Assembly: GCA_033853815.1 (NCBI GenBank)
Contig: JAWOLE010000092.1
Location: 1-39,254, forward strand
Direction of reading: 5' to 3'
Length of the DNA: 39,254 bases
Origin: Thermoanaerobaculia bacterium
GTDB taxonomy: Bacteria; Acidobacteriota; Thermoanaerobaculia; UBA5066; Gp7-AA6
Shown here: one piece after another, positions 1 to 9,125 of the stretch
Layout: the number at the start of each line of letters is the position of its first letter
How positions within the stretch are numbered: the stretch's first letter is position 1
Notes under the pieces: model-generated
Told to the model about the DNA's origin: nothing
The model's input: the letters and a program-made list of their open reading frames with translations, nothing else
Database searches by the model: none
Made by a program: the position numbers and the translations under genes

Positions 1-1925
1 CCGGCGACCGTGAACGCTCGAGGGCCCCGCGGCGTGACGAGCGCGACTCGATCCCCGGCCCGGAATCCGAAGCGGCGCGCGTAGGGCTCCGAGACGAGGA
101 CTTCTCCTTTCTGTTTCGCCTGGAGAGCCACCTGCCTCGCGTCGCGCCCATCGAGGAGCGGGGGGCCGCCCACCCGCGCGACGACGCGGAAGTCTCCCGA
201 GGCGACCGTGAAGGGGCGTCCGCGCGCGTCCGTCGCGTCCCGCGCCCGGAACGGGTCTACGGCGGCCACGCCCGGGATCGCCCGCAAAAACGGCACGATC
301 TCCGGAGGCAGATCGCCGACGAAGCCGCGGCGCCCGCCGGCTTCCGCCTTGACCCAGAGGTCGGAGCGAAGCGTCGTCTCGACCCAGACGCGGACGGTCT
401 CCCGGATCGAGGAGACCGTGACGATCATCGCGAGCGTCATGCCCAGCGCCATGGCGAGGGAAGCGACGGCGATGGCATTTCGCGCCAGAGACCCTCCGAA
501 GAACTCCGCCGCCAGGCGTCCGGCGGCGCCGGCCAGCCGGGCGAGCGGATGCGCCGAGGCGCGGGAGGCCGCCTCGACGAGGATCGGCGCGAAGGCCGCG
601 AGGGCGGCGACGACCAGGGCCACGGCCCCAAATCCGAAGAGGGGGAACCCGTTGACCGGCTCCGCCCGCGAGGCGGCGGCCGCCGCGGCGAGCAGGGCGG
701 CCGCGGTCAGGGCGCGAGCGGTGAGTCTGCGCCGCCGCACGGACTCGATCGCGCCGGGGCGCATCGCCGGGGAGGGCTCGACGCGCGTCGCCTCGAGGGC
801 CGGCACGAGCGTCGCGGCGATGGAGACCGCCATTCCGACAACCGCCGCGAGTCCCGCCGAGGGCAGATAGCCGGCCGCGGCGATCTTCGCGGCCGGCAGG
901 TAGATGGTCGAGACCGTCCCGCCGACCGCTTTGAGGGCCGCGCGCGCGAGAAGCAGCCCGCCGGCTTCCCCCAGGACGGTTCCCGCGAGGCCGATTCCGG
1001 CGCCCTCGGCCAGAAAAGCGAGGAAGATCGAGATCCTCGAGGTTCCGAGGGCTCGCAGGGTTGCGACCTCGGGCCGGCGCCGCAGGACGGAGATCGAGAC
1101 GGCGTTGGCGATGAGGAAAGCCGCCACGACGAGCGTGAGCGAGGCGAGGGCGTTCAGGTTGAAGCGAAAGGCCCGCACCATCCGATCGGCCGTCGCCGCC
1201 GAGCGGCCGGGCGGCTGCAGGGCGAGCCCGGCCGGGAGGCTCGCTCGGATCCTTTCGGCCATCGCCTCGCGCGGCTCTCCGCGGTCGAGCACGATGTCCA
1301 CTCTATCGACGAAGCCCTCCTTGCCGAGGAGCCTCTGCGCGGTGAAGAGGTCCGTGACGAGCAGGTCTCCGCCCGAGGCGCGGGCGACGCCGGAGAGCTC
1401 GAGCACGCCGGCGATCGTGACCGTCCGCCGCTGTCCTCCGGCGATGATCGGGAGAGTTTTTTCGGCCGCGAGGCCATGGCGCCGAGCGAAGCTTTCGGGA
1501 ACGAAGACCGAGCCCGGAGCGAGCAGATTCGCGCGCCCGGAGCCCGGGACGAGGCGCATCTGGCGCACGGCGCGGTCTCCTCCGGGATCGACGCCCAGGA
1601 CTTCGACCACCTCGCCCGATCCGTCGTCGGCGACCGCCGCCCCGGTCACCGCGGGGGCGAAGGAGCCGTGCCCCCAGAGAAACGAGAGCCGCGAGAGCGC
1701 AGCGACCGGCACTCCCGACACGCCCGTGACCACGAAATCGCTCCGGCCCGAGACGGAGGCCGCCGCCTCGCGGAATGATTCGGTCACGCTGCGGTTGGCG
1801 TGTTGGATGGCCGCGGCCGCCGCGACTCCCACGGCCACCCCCACGACGGGAAGGGCCGCGCGTAGCGGCCGCCTCCTCGCCGGTCCCGTGACGAGCGCGC
1901 GTGCGACGAGCCCGAATCCCCGCAT
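1..1925 (-). CDS. FtsX/MacB-family ABC transporter permease (AttF/G-like), 3' end outside window
   Basis: Not in the ORF track (no stop in window). Manual translation from ATG at 1925 gives MRGFGLVARALVTGPARRRPLRAALPVVGVAVGVAAAAAIQHANRSV. In the same frame is the FtsX-type segment AFRFNLNALASLTLVVAAFLIANAVSISVLRRRPEVATLRALG. Confidence 0.85.
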   Translation of the reverse strand, partial: MRGFGLVARALVTGPARRRPLRAALPVVGVAVGVAAAAAIQHANRSVTESFREAAASVSGRSDFVVTGVSGVPVAALSRLSFLWGHGSFAPAVTGAAVADDGSGEVVEVLGVDPGGDRAVRQMRLVPGSGRANLLAPGSVFVPESFARRHGLAAEKTLPIIAGGQRRTVTIAGVLELSGVARASGGDLLVTDLFTAQRLLGKEGFVDRVDIVLDRGEPREAMAERIRASLPAGLALQPPGRSAATADRMVRAFRFNLNALASLTLVVAAFLIANAVSISVLRRRPEVATLRALGTSRISIFLAFLAEGAGIGLAGTVLGEAGGLLLARAALKAVGGTVSTIYLPAAKIAAAGYLPSAGLAAVVGMAVSIAATLVPALEATRVEPSPAMRPGAIESVRRRRLTARALTAAALLAAAAAASRAEPVNGFPLFGFGAVALVVAALAAFAPILVEAASRASAHPLARLAGAAGRLAAEFFGGSLARNAIAVASLAMALGMTLAMIVTVSSIRETVRVWVETTLRSDLWVKAEAGGRRGFVGDLPPEIVPFLRAIPGVAAVDPFRARDATDARGRPFTVASGDFRVVARVGGPPLLDGRDARQVALQAKQKGEVLVSEPYARRFGFRAGDRVALVTPRGPRAFTVA

Positions 1926-1931
1926 CCGACT

Positions 1932-1937
1932 ACGATA
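1932..1937 (-). promoter_or_regulatory. Putative -10 box (TATCGT), possible leaderless start
   Basis: TATCGT-agtcgg-ATG(1925); 6-nt spacing and no Shine-Dalgarno. Confidence 0.4.
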
Positions 1938-2042
1938 GCTCGGTCTCGATCGTCCGGGAGAGCGAGCGTCGGGTCGCGAACAGAGTCTCGAAGGTCGCGC
2001 TCGCTCGGGAGGCTGCTAGGATGCCGGCGAGCCCATCCGCGA

Positions 2043-3200
2043 ATGACGAGACAGAAGAGCACTCTGTTGTTCGTGCTGATCCTGGTCCTGCGCCTTTCGA
2101 TCGCGGCCCAGTACCGGGGCAATTTCGACTCGCAGTCCTACCTGATCGCCGCGTCGGCGACCCTCGCCGGCCAGAACATCTACGCCGCGACGGATCGCTA
2201 CAACTACAGCCCTGTCTGGTCCTGGATCGTGGCGGCCATTTGGAAAGCATCTGCTCCGAACGCATCCGTTTTCGTTCTCGCGATCGGAATACTTCTCATC
2301 GCGGTGGACATTCTCACGGCTGCCCTGGTCCTGGCGATCGGCGGCCGGCGCTTGGGATTCCAGCCGGGGGAAGCCCGCCGATCGGCGCTGCTCTTCTTCT
2401 CGAATCCTGTCTCCGTGTTGATCTCCTGCGCGCACGGCCAGTTCGACGGCTTCTCGATCCTTTTTCTCCTCGCCGCGATCTTTGTCGCAACCGGACCACA
2501 TGCCGAAAGGATTGGTAAAGCCCTGGCTGTCGCGGCGGCTCTTACGGCATCTCTGCTCGTCAAGCACGTCACGGCCTTCCATCTTCTCCTCTTCTGGAGG
2601 CGTATCCGGCGGCCCGGGTATTCGCTCGGCCTGCTCGCGGCTCCCGTCGTCCTCTTCCTTCTCTCCTTCTGGCAATACCGCTCGGCCCTCTCCCGGATCG
2701 TCCAATCCGTTGTGGTCTACGGGATGCGCACGACGTCGCGCTGGCAGCAACATGTCAACGGCTGGCCCGCGCTCTTCCCGGTGCGCTGGCAAGGGACCCT
2801 GTTCATGGCCGCCCTGTTCCTCCTGTCCGTCGTCTGGGCCGTCGTCGTGACGCGGAAGATCGGGCTTCCCCGTGCCGCCCTCGTTCTCTTCCTGTCCAAT
2901 ATCGTGTTCCTCCCGTCCTCCGCCGTCCAGTACGCGGTCTGGCCGATCGCTCTGGGCTCGCTCTTTTCGACGATTCCGTATGCCGTGTTCACGACCGCCG
3001 CCGCGCTGTATCACTCCTCGGCTCCCGAGAGCCTGGCGATTGGCTGGCCGATCGTCTCCACGCCCCTGGGGATCTGGTTCTGCGCCCTGGTATGGCTCGC
3101 GGCCGAGGTCTGGCGGATCCGGCGAGTCTCGGCCGAGCCGTTCTCCTCGCCGCAAGCGTTCGTCCGCGCCGAAGATGTCGCGAGGGCTGTGGACCCGTAG
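2043..3200 (+). CDS. Polytopic GT-C membrane glycosyltransferase (GT87/PIG-M-like)
   Basis: About 10 hydrophobic segments; first-loop GNFDSQSY...YNYSPVW; SNPVSVLISCAHGQFDGFSILF and LLVKH motifs typical of polyprenyl-P-sugar-dependent transferases. Confidence 0.65.
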   Translation: MTRQKSTLLFVLILVLRLSIAAQYRGNFDSQSYLIAASATLAGQNIYAATDRYNYSPVWSWIVAAIWKASAPNASVFVLAIGILLIAVDILTAALVLAIGGRRLGFQPGEARRSALLFFSNPVSVLISCAHGQFDGFSILFLLAAIFVATGPHAERIGKALAVAAALTASLLVKHVTAFHLLLFWRRIRRPGYSLGLLAAPVVLFLLSFWQYRSALSRIVQSVVVYGMRTTSRWQQHVNGWPALFPVRWQGTLFMAALFLLSVVWAVVVTRKIGLPRAALVLFLSNIVFLPSSAVQYAVWPIALGSLFSTIPYAVFTTAAALYHSSAPESLAIGWPIVSTPLGIWFCALVWLAAEVWRIRRVSAEPFSSPQAFVRAEDVARAVDP

Positions 3201-3205
3201 CCGGT

Positions 3206-4744
3206 CTATCGGGCCGCGGCGACGAAGGCGCTCGGGAAGCGGGCGAGGAGCGCTACGGCGTGGACCACCTCGCGCATGTCCACGCACTCGCCGATCGTGT
3301 GCGCGTTCTGCTCGATGCCCGGCCCGATGCCAATCATCGCGGGATGCTTGACCGGGCCCGACACGACCCAGGACTTGCGGTCGGGAACCGGGATCGAGGC
3401 GTCGTTCTTGCCGACCGGGAACCCGACTCCGTCCGTCGAAAAGATCCAGCGGTCCACACGAGGCTCCTTGCGCAGCGCCCCGCGCGTCCCGCCTTCCGCG
3501 ACGTGAGGCGTGACGACGCCGCGGTAGGCCTGGACCGCGGCGCGGACCGCCGGATGCTCCTCGGGCGTCACCCACCCCATGTAGATCTGCGGGTTGCCGA
3601 GCGCGAAGCCGCTCCATGTGGGCTCGTCATAGGTGGGAACCGTCACGGCGACCTTGAGACCGGCCGCGCGAGCGGCGGCGACGGACGGCAGGCTCTCGAC
3701 ATCGGCGACGGCTTGCTCCGGCGTCTCGCCGATCGTCAGGCGCCGGTCGAAGCGAAAGACGAACCGCTCGGGCACGGCACAGTCGCTCGGCGTGTCGAGC
3801 CTCGCCCAGGAGGCCGTGCGCGTGCCGTGGCCGAGGAACGGATGGTCCAGAAACCCCAGGCGGGCATCGTAGCGGCGAGCGGCTTCCGTCACGATCGGCG
3901 CTCCGAACTCGAGCGGATTTCTCCCTTCCCAGGGCATCGAGCCGTGGCAGGACTTGCCCGTCACCGACACCTCGATCTGCATGCGGCCGCGCTGACCCCG
4001 GTAGATGCCGAGCGCCCCCTTCGAGGAATCCCCCGTCCCCTCCGTCAGGATCACGGCGTCCGGGATCAACTCCGGCGCCGCTCCGGGGAGGACCTTCCGC
4101 ATCACGTACATCGGGGCGCCGCCGTCGTTGTCCTCTTCGGCGACGGTGCCGTAGGAGCGGACGATCGCGCCGCGAAGCGACCCTTCCGGGATCAACTCCA
4201 CCAGAATCTTCGAGGCTACGATCTGCGAGACGACCCCGGAGAGCTGGTCGGTCGAGCCGCGCCCGAAAACGAGGTGGCCCCACTCCATCTCGGGCGGCAT
4301 GTAGCCCAACTGGCTCTTGACGAAGTCCCGGTCGAGCCGGCTCGCGTCGAAGAGCCCGTCGTAGGGGTCGATGCCGCCGGTCTTCTCCCGCCAGGCCGGG
4401 CGCAGGGCCTTGACCGTGTCGGTGTGGCCGTCCCAGTAGATGACGCGCTTCTCCCGCGTGGGGATGCCGTCGCTCGGGTCCTCCAGCGTCCAGACGAGGT
4501 TCCCGAAGCCGTCGAAGCCGACGTCGTCGGCCCGGCGCACGGCGCCGCTCTCGACGATCGCGCGCCTCAGGTAATCCAGGCGCGGCTTCTCGTGGTTGGA
4601 GAGACCGCAGGAGGGATCCCCGCCGTCGTCGGCCGGCTTGTCCACGTAGTCGGCCGGGATGCGGATGGCTTCCTTCAGGATCCTCTCGGCCACCGGCCGG
4701 TATCGGGCCGCCAGCTCCGCCACGCGCGTGTCCAGGTCGTTCAT
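3206..4744 (-). CDS. ygeY: M20 metallohydrolase, YgeY-like
   Basis: DGHTDTV, GRGSTDQ, EEDNDG, GQRGRMQIEV, HGSMP, FSTDGV and GPG..NAH motifs; adjacent to ygeW. Confidence 0.75.
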   Translation of the reverse strand: MNDLDTRVAELAARYRPVAERILKEAIRIPADYVDKPADDGGDPSCGLSNHEKPRLDYLRRAIVESGAVRRADDVGFDGFGNLVWTLEDPSDGIPTREKRVIYWDGHTDTVKALRPAWREKTGGIDPYDGLFDASRLDRDFVKSQLGYMPPEMEWGHLVFGRGSTDQLSGVVSQIVASKILVELIPEGSLRGAIVRSYGTVAEEDNDGGAPMYVMRKVLPGAAPELIPDAVILTEGTGDSSKGALGIYRGQRGRMQIEVSVTGKSCHGSMPWEGRNPLEFGAPIVTEAARRYDARLGFLDHPFLGHGTRTASWARLDTPSDCAVPERFVFRFDRRLTIGETPEQAVADVESLPSVAAARAAGLKVAVTVPTYDEPTWSGFALGNPQIYMGWVTPEEHPAVRAAVQAYRGVVTPHVAEGGTRGALRKEPRVDRWIFSTDGVGFPVGKNDASIPVPDRKSWVVSGPVKHPAMIGIGPGIEQNAHTIGECVDMREVVHAVALLARFPSAFVAAAR

Positions 4745-4774
4745 CGCTTCTCCTCATTGATTCCGGATTCCAGG

Positions 4775-5902
4775 TCAGATGGATGCCAGGCGATCGGAGA
4801 GATCCTCAATTTTTGCCGCGGCCAGGGCGGCCATGATGACGTAGACCTTCCAGTTGGCTTCGCGCGCGACGCGGACGGCGTGGCGCGCCATGACGCCGGA
4901 GGAGACCTCGGCGCCGATGTCGGCCGGCAGGCAGTGCATGTAGAGAGCGTTCCCGCCTCGCGTCAGCCTCATCCGGCGCTCGTCGCAGATCCAGTCGCGG
5001 TATCTCGCGTTCTGGGCGAGGGCCTCCCTCTCAATGTCGGCCATCCGCTTCGGGTCCTTCGCGCGGTTCGCCTCGACGCGCTCGAGCATCAGGCGATACG
5101 GCCCCCAGCTCTTGGGATAGACCGCGTCGGCCCCTTCGAAGGCCTCGTCCATGGAGTTGACGACGCGGAAGGAGCCGCCCGATTCCGAGGCGTGCCTGCG
5201 GGCGGACTCGAGGCACTTCTCCATGAGCGGGTAGCCCTCGGGATGGGCGAGCGTCACGTTCGCCCCGAAGCGGGTCAGCAGCATGACGAGGCCCTGAGGC
5301 ACCGACAGGGGCTTGGCGTAGCTCGGCGAGTAGGCCCAGGAGATCGCGATCTTCTTCCCCGCGAGGCCTTCGGGAAAATTCTCGTTCAACCAGCAGAGGT
5401 CGGCGAGCGTCTGCGTCGGGTGGTCCACGTCGCACTGGAGGTTGACGACCGGGACCTTGCGGCGGTCGCCGGTGGCCGCGAGGTAGCCGTCGATGCCGCG
5501 CTTGACGTCGCGCATGAAGGCGTTCCCCTCGCCGAGGATCAGGTCGTGCCGGACGCCGAGAGCGTGCGCGTTCATGCCGAGCATGGCGCCGGTCTCGGCC
5601 GCGGTCTCGCCGTGGGAAACCTGCGTCGAGGAACCGTCCACGATGACCGGCTGCATTCCGAGCCGCGCCGCCGCCCCCGCCCAGGCCGACTTGGTCCGGG
5701 TCGAGTTGTCGAAGAAGAGCGCGTAGGCGAGCTCGTCGGAGAGAAGCGGCGTCTTCTTTCCCGCCCGGTCCATCGCCGCCAGGCGGCGCGCGACAGAGAG
5801 AAGGCCCGCGAGCTCTCCTGCCGAGTAGTCGTCGGTCAGAAGGAGGCTCTTTCCGTAGAGGCCATCGAGACTCTCGCGCCTGTCAGTTCTGGCTATCGTC
5901 AC
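4775..5902 (-). CDS. ygeW: Knotted carbamoyltransferase YgeW
   Basis: FFDNSTRT, NLQCDVDHPTQ, WAYSPSYAKPLSVPQG, YPKSW and YMHCLPAD motifs; GTG at 5902 overlaps the ygfK stop (GTGA). Confidence 0.88.
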   Translation of the reverse strand: MTIARTDRRESLDGLYGKSLLLTDDYSAGELAGLLSVARRLAAMDRAGKKTPLLSDELAYALFFDNSTRTKSAWAGAAARLGMQPVIVDGSSTQVSHGETAAETGAMLGMNAHALGVRHDLILGEGNAFMRDVKRGIDGYLAATGDRRKVPVVNLQCDVDHPTQTLADLCWLNENFPEGLAGKKIAISWAYSPSYAKPLSVPQGLVMLLTRFGANVTLAHPEGYPLMEKCLESARRHASESGGSFRVVNSMDEAFEGADAVYPKSWGPYRLMLERVEANRAKDPKRMADIEREALAQNARYRDWICDERRMRLTRGGNALYMHCLPADIGAEVSSGVMARHAVRVAREANWKVYVIMAALAAAKIEDLSDRLASI

Positions 5903-7905
5903 TTCATTTCTCCGGCGCTCTCGAGATTGTCCGCGAACATCGCGGTCACCCAGGATACGGCGTTCGGGGCGAAGAGGCCGGCCACGAGGGCGCGCAGGGC
6001 GTGGTAATGGCCGACGGGAACGACGTGGCCTTCGGGAGCTGGAATCGCGAGGACGCGCGCTTCGGAAGGCTCGGCGGCCTCGGCGGACTCGAAACGCAAA
6101 CCGGCGGCGCCGTCCCAGAAGTCGGCGGAGCCGTCCCTGTGGACGTGAAGCTCCACCTCGCGGCCGTTCCAGCGCCCTCGCGCCGCCAGTGTGCCGGCGG
6201 GCCCGCGCAGTACGAAAAAGCCCGGACGCGGCGCGTCGGCCAGGTACGACCCGAGCGACTCGAAGAGGCGCGGCTTCTCGATGTAGGGGCCGCCGTCCTC
6301 CGGGCAGAAGACGTCGCAGTTGCCGCAGTCGTTGCAGGCGTCGGCCCAGCAGGCGATCTGGTGCGGGGAGGACTCGGGGCCGCCGATCGCGAACGTCCGT
6401 GATTCCCCGGCCACGAGCCGTCCCTCGCGGACGACGAGGTCGCGGTAGAGGATCTTTCGGGGCGGGGTCTCGTAGACGAAGTTCGCGTCGTTGGGGCAGA
6501 CCGGCACGCACTTGTCGCAGTTGATGCAGTCGAAGAGCTTCAGGCGGCTTTCGATCTTGCGGGGAGGCCTGGCGTTCTTCGCGGCCGTGTAGCGCCCGGC
6601 GGAGAGGGCCTCGGCGGCCGCGCGGCGATGGTTGACTAAGGAAGCCTCCGATACGTCCGAAGCCGTGCTCCCGGCGCGCGCCCGGATGAAGGCCGGCACC
6701 GTGGCGGACCGGCTCTCGCCCATCGCGCGAGCCAGGGCCTCGGCCTGTCTGTGCAGCCGCTGGTAGCCGCCCGGGCGGAGGAGGTCGGTGCAGCTCGTCA
6801 CCGGTACGAAGCCACAGGCGACGGTGGCAGCCACGTTGCCGGCGTCCACTCCCGCCGAGAAGGAGATTGGCAGTTCCGGGCCAAGCGCCTCGCGCAGGCG
6901 AAGTCCAAGCGCGAGCGAGAGGACGTGAAGGGGCTCGCCCGAGAGGTACTGCTCGCTGCCGGGGAGCGGCCGCCCCGCGTTCTCGACGACGAGCGTGTTC
7001 GTGAGCTTCACGCCGAAGCTCAAGCCGCGGCGCGCCGCCTCCAAGGAGAGGTCGCGGATGAGCGGCAGGGCGTCGGGCCACTTCAGGTCCTTGTCGAAGG
7101 GCGCCCGCGTCAGGCCGATCTCCGCATAGCCCAGCCGCCCGTGCAGGATGTCCGCGGTCTCTTCGTAGCCGAGGAGCATCGGGTTCAGCTTCACGATCGT
7201 GTGGAGGCCGACTTCCGAGAGGAGAAACCGGCAGATGCCGGCGATCTCACCGGCGGGGCACCCGTGGAAGGTCGAGAGCGTGGCCGAGTCGGAGAGTCGC
7301 GTGGGGCAGGGGACATCGGCGAGGTGTTTGAGGTCCGCCGGCAGCTCCCGTATGAGTCTCGACCGCTCGGCGTCCAGAATGCCCGTGGCGTCGCGCACCC
7401 CCTCGAAGAAGGCGGCCATCTTGCGGGAACGGATGCCCTCGAGGTCGTAGCCGACGGATATGTCGAAAATGACATCGCGCTCGGCCGGAGGAATTCCGCA
7501 GAGCTCGTCCAGGATCGCGACGAGGAGCCGGGCCTTCGCGTACTCGCGCAGGGAGTCCTCGACGAGGAGCTCCTGGGACCACTCGATGTTGTAGCCGACC
7601 GTGCGCATGTCGATGCAGGGCCGGGCGATGACCAGCCGGTCGTTGACCTGGACGGTCTTCAGTTCCAGGATCCGGCCTCCCGCCAGATACGACAGCGCGA
7701 TGTTCTGGGCGAGCTGAGTGTGAGGGCCGGCGGCGGGGCCGACGGGAGTCGCGGCGCGGCGCCCGTGGAACGAGACCGAAAGATCGGCGCCGGGGAGACC
7801 CCTGTAGATCCGCCGCGCCGGCAGGTCGAAGACCGAGCCTCGGGGAAGCTCCCGCGCCGTCCGGCGCACGAGGACGGAGAGCGGCAGCGGGCGAAGAACG
7901 CTCAT
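5899..7905 (-). CDS. ygfK: YgfK-like oxidoreductase, short form (DHODH-like barrel plus two 4Fe-4S motifs)
   Basis: TPVGPAAGPHTQLAQNI, ELKTVQ, RPCID..GYNIEWSQEL, TLSTFHGCP, GVKLTNTL; C-terminal CINCDKCVPVCP and CNDCGNCDVFCP; ATG at 7905 overlaps the ssnA stop. Confidence 0.8.
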   Translation of the reverse strand: MSVLRPLPLSVLVRRTARELPRGSVFDLPARRIYRGLPGADLSVSFHGRRAATPVGPAAGPHTQLAQNIALSYLAGGRILELKTVQVNDRLVIARPCIDMRTVGYNIEWSQELLVEDSLREYAKARLLVAILDELCGIPPAERDVIFDISVGYDLEGIRSRKMAAFFEGVRDATGILDAERSRLIRELPADLKHLADVPCPTRLSDSATLSTFHGCPAGEIAGICRFLLSEVGLHTIVKLNPMLLGYEETADILHGRLGYAEIGLTRAPFDKDLKWPDALPLIRDLSLEAARRGLSFGVKLTNTLVVENAGRPLPGSEQYLSGEPLHVLSLALGLRLREALGPELPISFSAGVDAGNVAATVACGFVPVTSCTDLLRPGGYQRLHRQAEALARAMGESRSATVPAFIRARAGSTASDVSEASLVNHRRAAAEALSAGRYTAAKNARPPRKIESRLKLFDCINCDKCVPVCPNDANFVYETPPRKILYRDLVVREGRLVAGESRTFAIGGPESSPHQIACWADACNDCGNCDVFCPEDGGPYIEKPRLFESLGSYLADAPRPGFFVLRGPAGTLAARGRWNGREVELHVHRDGSADFWDGAAGLRFESAEAAEPSEARVLAIPAPEGHVVPVGHYHALRALVAGLFAPNAVSWVTAMFADNLESAGEMK

Positions 7906-9095
7906 GCCAGCCTCTTCCAGAGCCGTGCCGCTTCCTCGCGCCCCCGGGCGCGGACCTCGCCTTCGTCCACGCGGGTGGACTTTCGCCCTTCGACGATGAC
8001 CTCGCCGCCGGCGACGACGTCGCGCACGTGCCGCGCGCTCATGCCGAAGAGAAAGTGCCCCGCGAGGTTTTCGGTGGAAAGCGGGGTCGGCGGATCGTAG
8101 TCGAGGACCACCCAGTCGCCGGGCCGCGGCCCGAGCGCCTCGTCGGCCAGGCGCGCGCTCGCGGCGACGAGCGCCAGGGCGTCGATCCCTCCCTGCGGGC
8201 CGTAGGCGTCGCGTCCCCGCAGGTGCGCCGCGCGGGCCTCGGCGAAGAGGTCTCCGTCCATGCCGTCGGTGCCGAGGGCGACGCGCGGGCCGAGCGTCGC
8301 GACGTTGGCGTAGCCCACCGCGTTCTGGAGGTTGCTCCTGGGATTGTGGACGACCCACGCTCCGGACTCCGCGGCGCGTTCGCGTTCGGCGGCTGTCAGA
8401 TGGACGCCGTGGGCAAGGATCGTCCTATTCCCGACTGCGCCCGCGCGTTCGAGACGCGCGAAAGAACCCGAGTCGCAGCCGTCTTCGGCGCAGTGAACGT
8501 GAAACCACGCGCCGCGGCGGCGCGCCAGGTCCGCCGCCGCCTCGATCGTCCTGTCGGACGCCGTGAAGCCGGCGTGCAGGCCGACCATGGCGGGAAGTCC
8601 CGCCGCGATCGCCCTCTCGCACTCGGCGAGCCCGGCCTTCGCGCCATCGGCGCCGTGTCGGTCGGTCGCCCCGTAGCAGAGCCCCGCCCGCACGCCGGTC
8701 GCGCGGGCCGCTTCCCCGAGGACATCGAGCGAGCCCTCGATGAAGGAGGGAGACTCGTGGTGGTCGAGGACGGCGGTCGCGCCGGAGAGGGCGGCGTCGA
8801 GGAGCGCCACTTCGGCGGAGGCCCTGAGCGAACGTTCGTCGAGCGCTCGATCGAGCCGCCACCAGACGTGCTCGAGGATTTCCCGGAACGAGCGGGTCGG
8901 CCCAACCGGCGCCGGCATTCCGCGGGCGAGCCCGGAGTAGAGGTGCGTGTGGGCGATCGCGAGGCCGGGCAGAACGAGACAGCCCGAGGCGTCCAGCCGG
9001 CGCCGCGGCTCCTCGCCGAGGCGGACGTCCCGCCGCTCGACCGAGACAGGGTCGAGCGTGACGACGGTGCCCCCGGTGATCTCAATGCCGCCCAC
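7902..9095 (-). CDS. ssnA: Amidohydrolase, SsnA-like
   Basis: AHTHLYSGLARG, WWRLDRALD, DHHESP, GLHAGFT, HVHCAED, HNPRSNLQNAVG, LGTDG. Confidence 0.8.
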   Translation of the reverse strand: MGGIEITGGTVVTLDPVSVERRDVRLGEEPRRRLDASGCLVLPGLAIAHTHLYSGLARGMPAPVGPTRSFREILEHVWWRLDRALDERSLRASAEVALLDAALSGATAVLDHHESPSFIEGSLDVLGEAARATGVRAGLCYGATDRHGADGAKAGLAECERAIAAGLPAMVGLHAGFTASDRTIEAAADLARRRGAWFHVHCAEDGCDSGSFARLERAGAVGNRTILAHGVHLTAAERERAAESGAWVVHNPRSNLQNAVGYANVATLGPRVALGTDGMDGDLFAEARAAHLRGRDAYGPQGGIDALALVAASARLADEALGPRPGDWVVLDYDPPTPLSTENLAGHFLFGMSARHVRDVVAGGEVIVEGRKSTRVDEGEVRARGREEAARLWKRLA

Positions 9096-9125
9096 GCCTA
9101 GTGCCGCGTAACGAAAGTCACACGC

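Noticed and set aside
3092-6007. Long shadow ORFs (e.g. 3092..6007+, 11734..14223-, 28116..30704-, 549..1778+)
   Set aside because: Antisense or off-frame to genes with clear motifs; Arg/Gly/Pro-rich with no recognisable domain; expected at this GC content.
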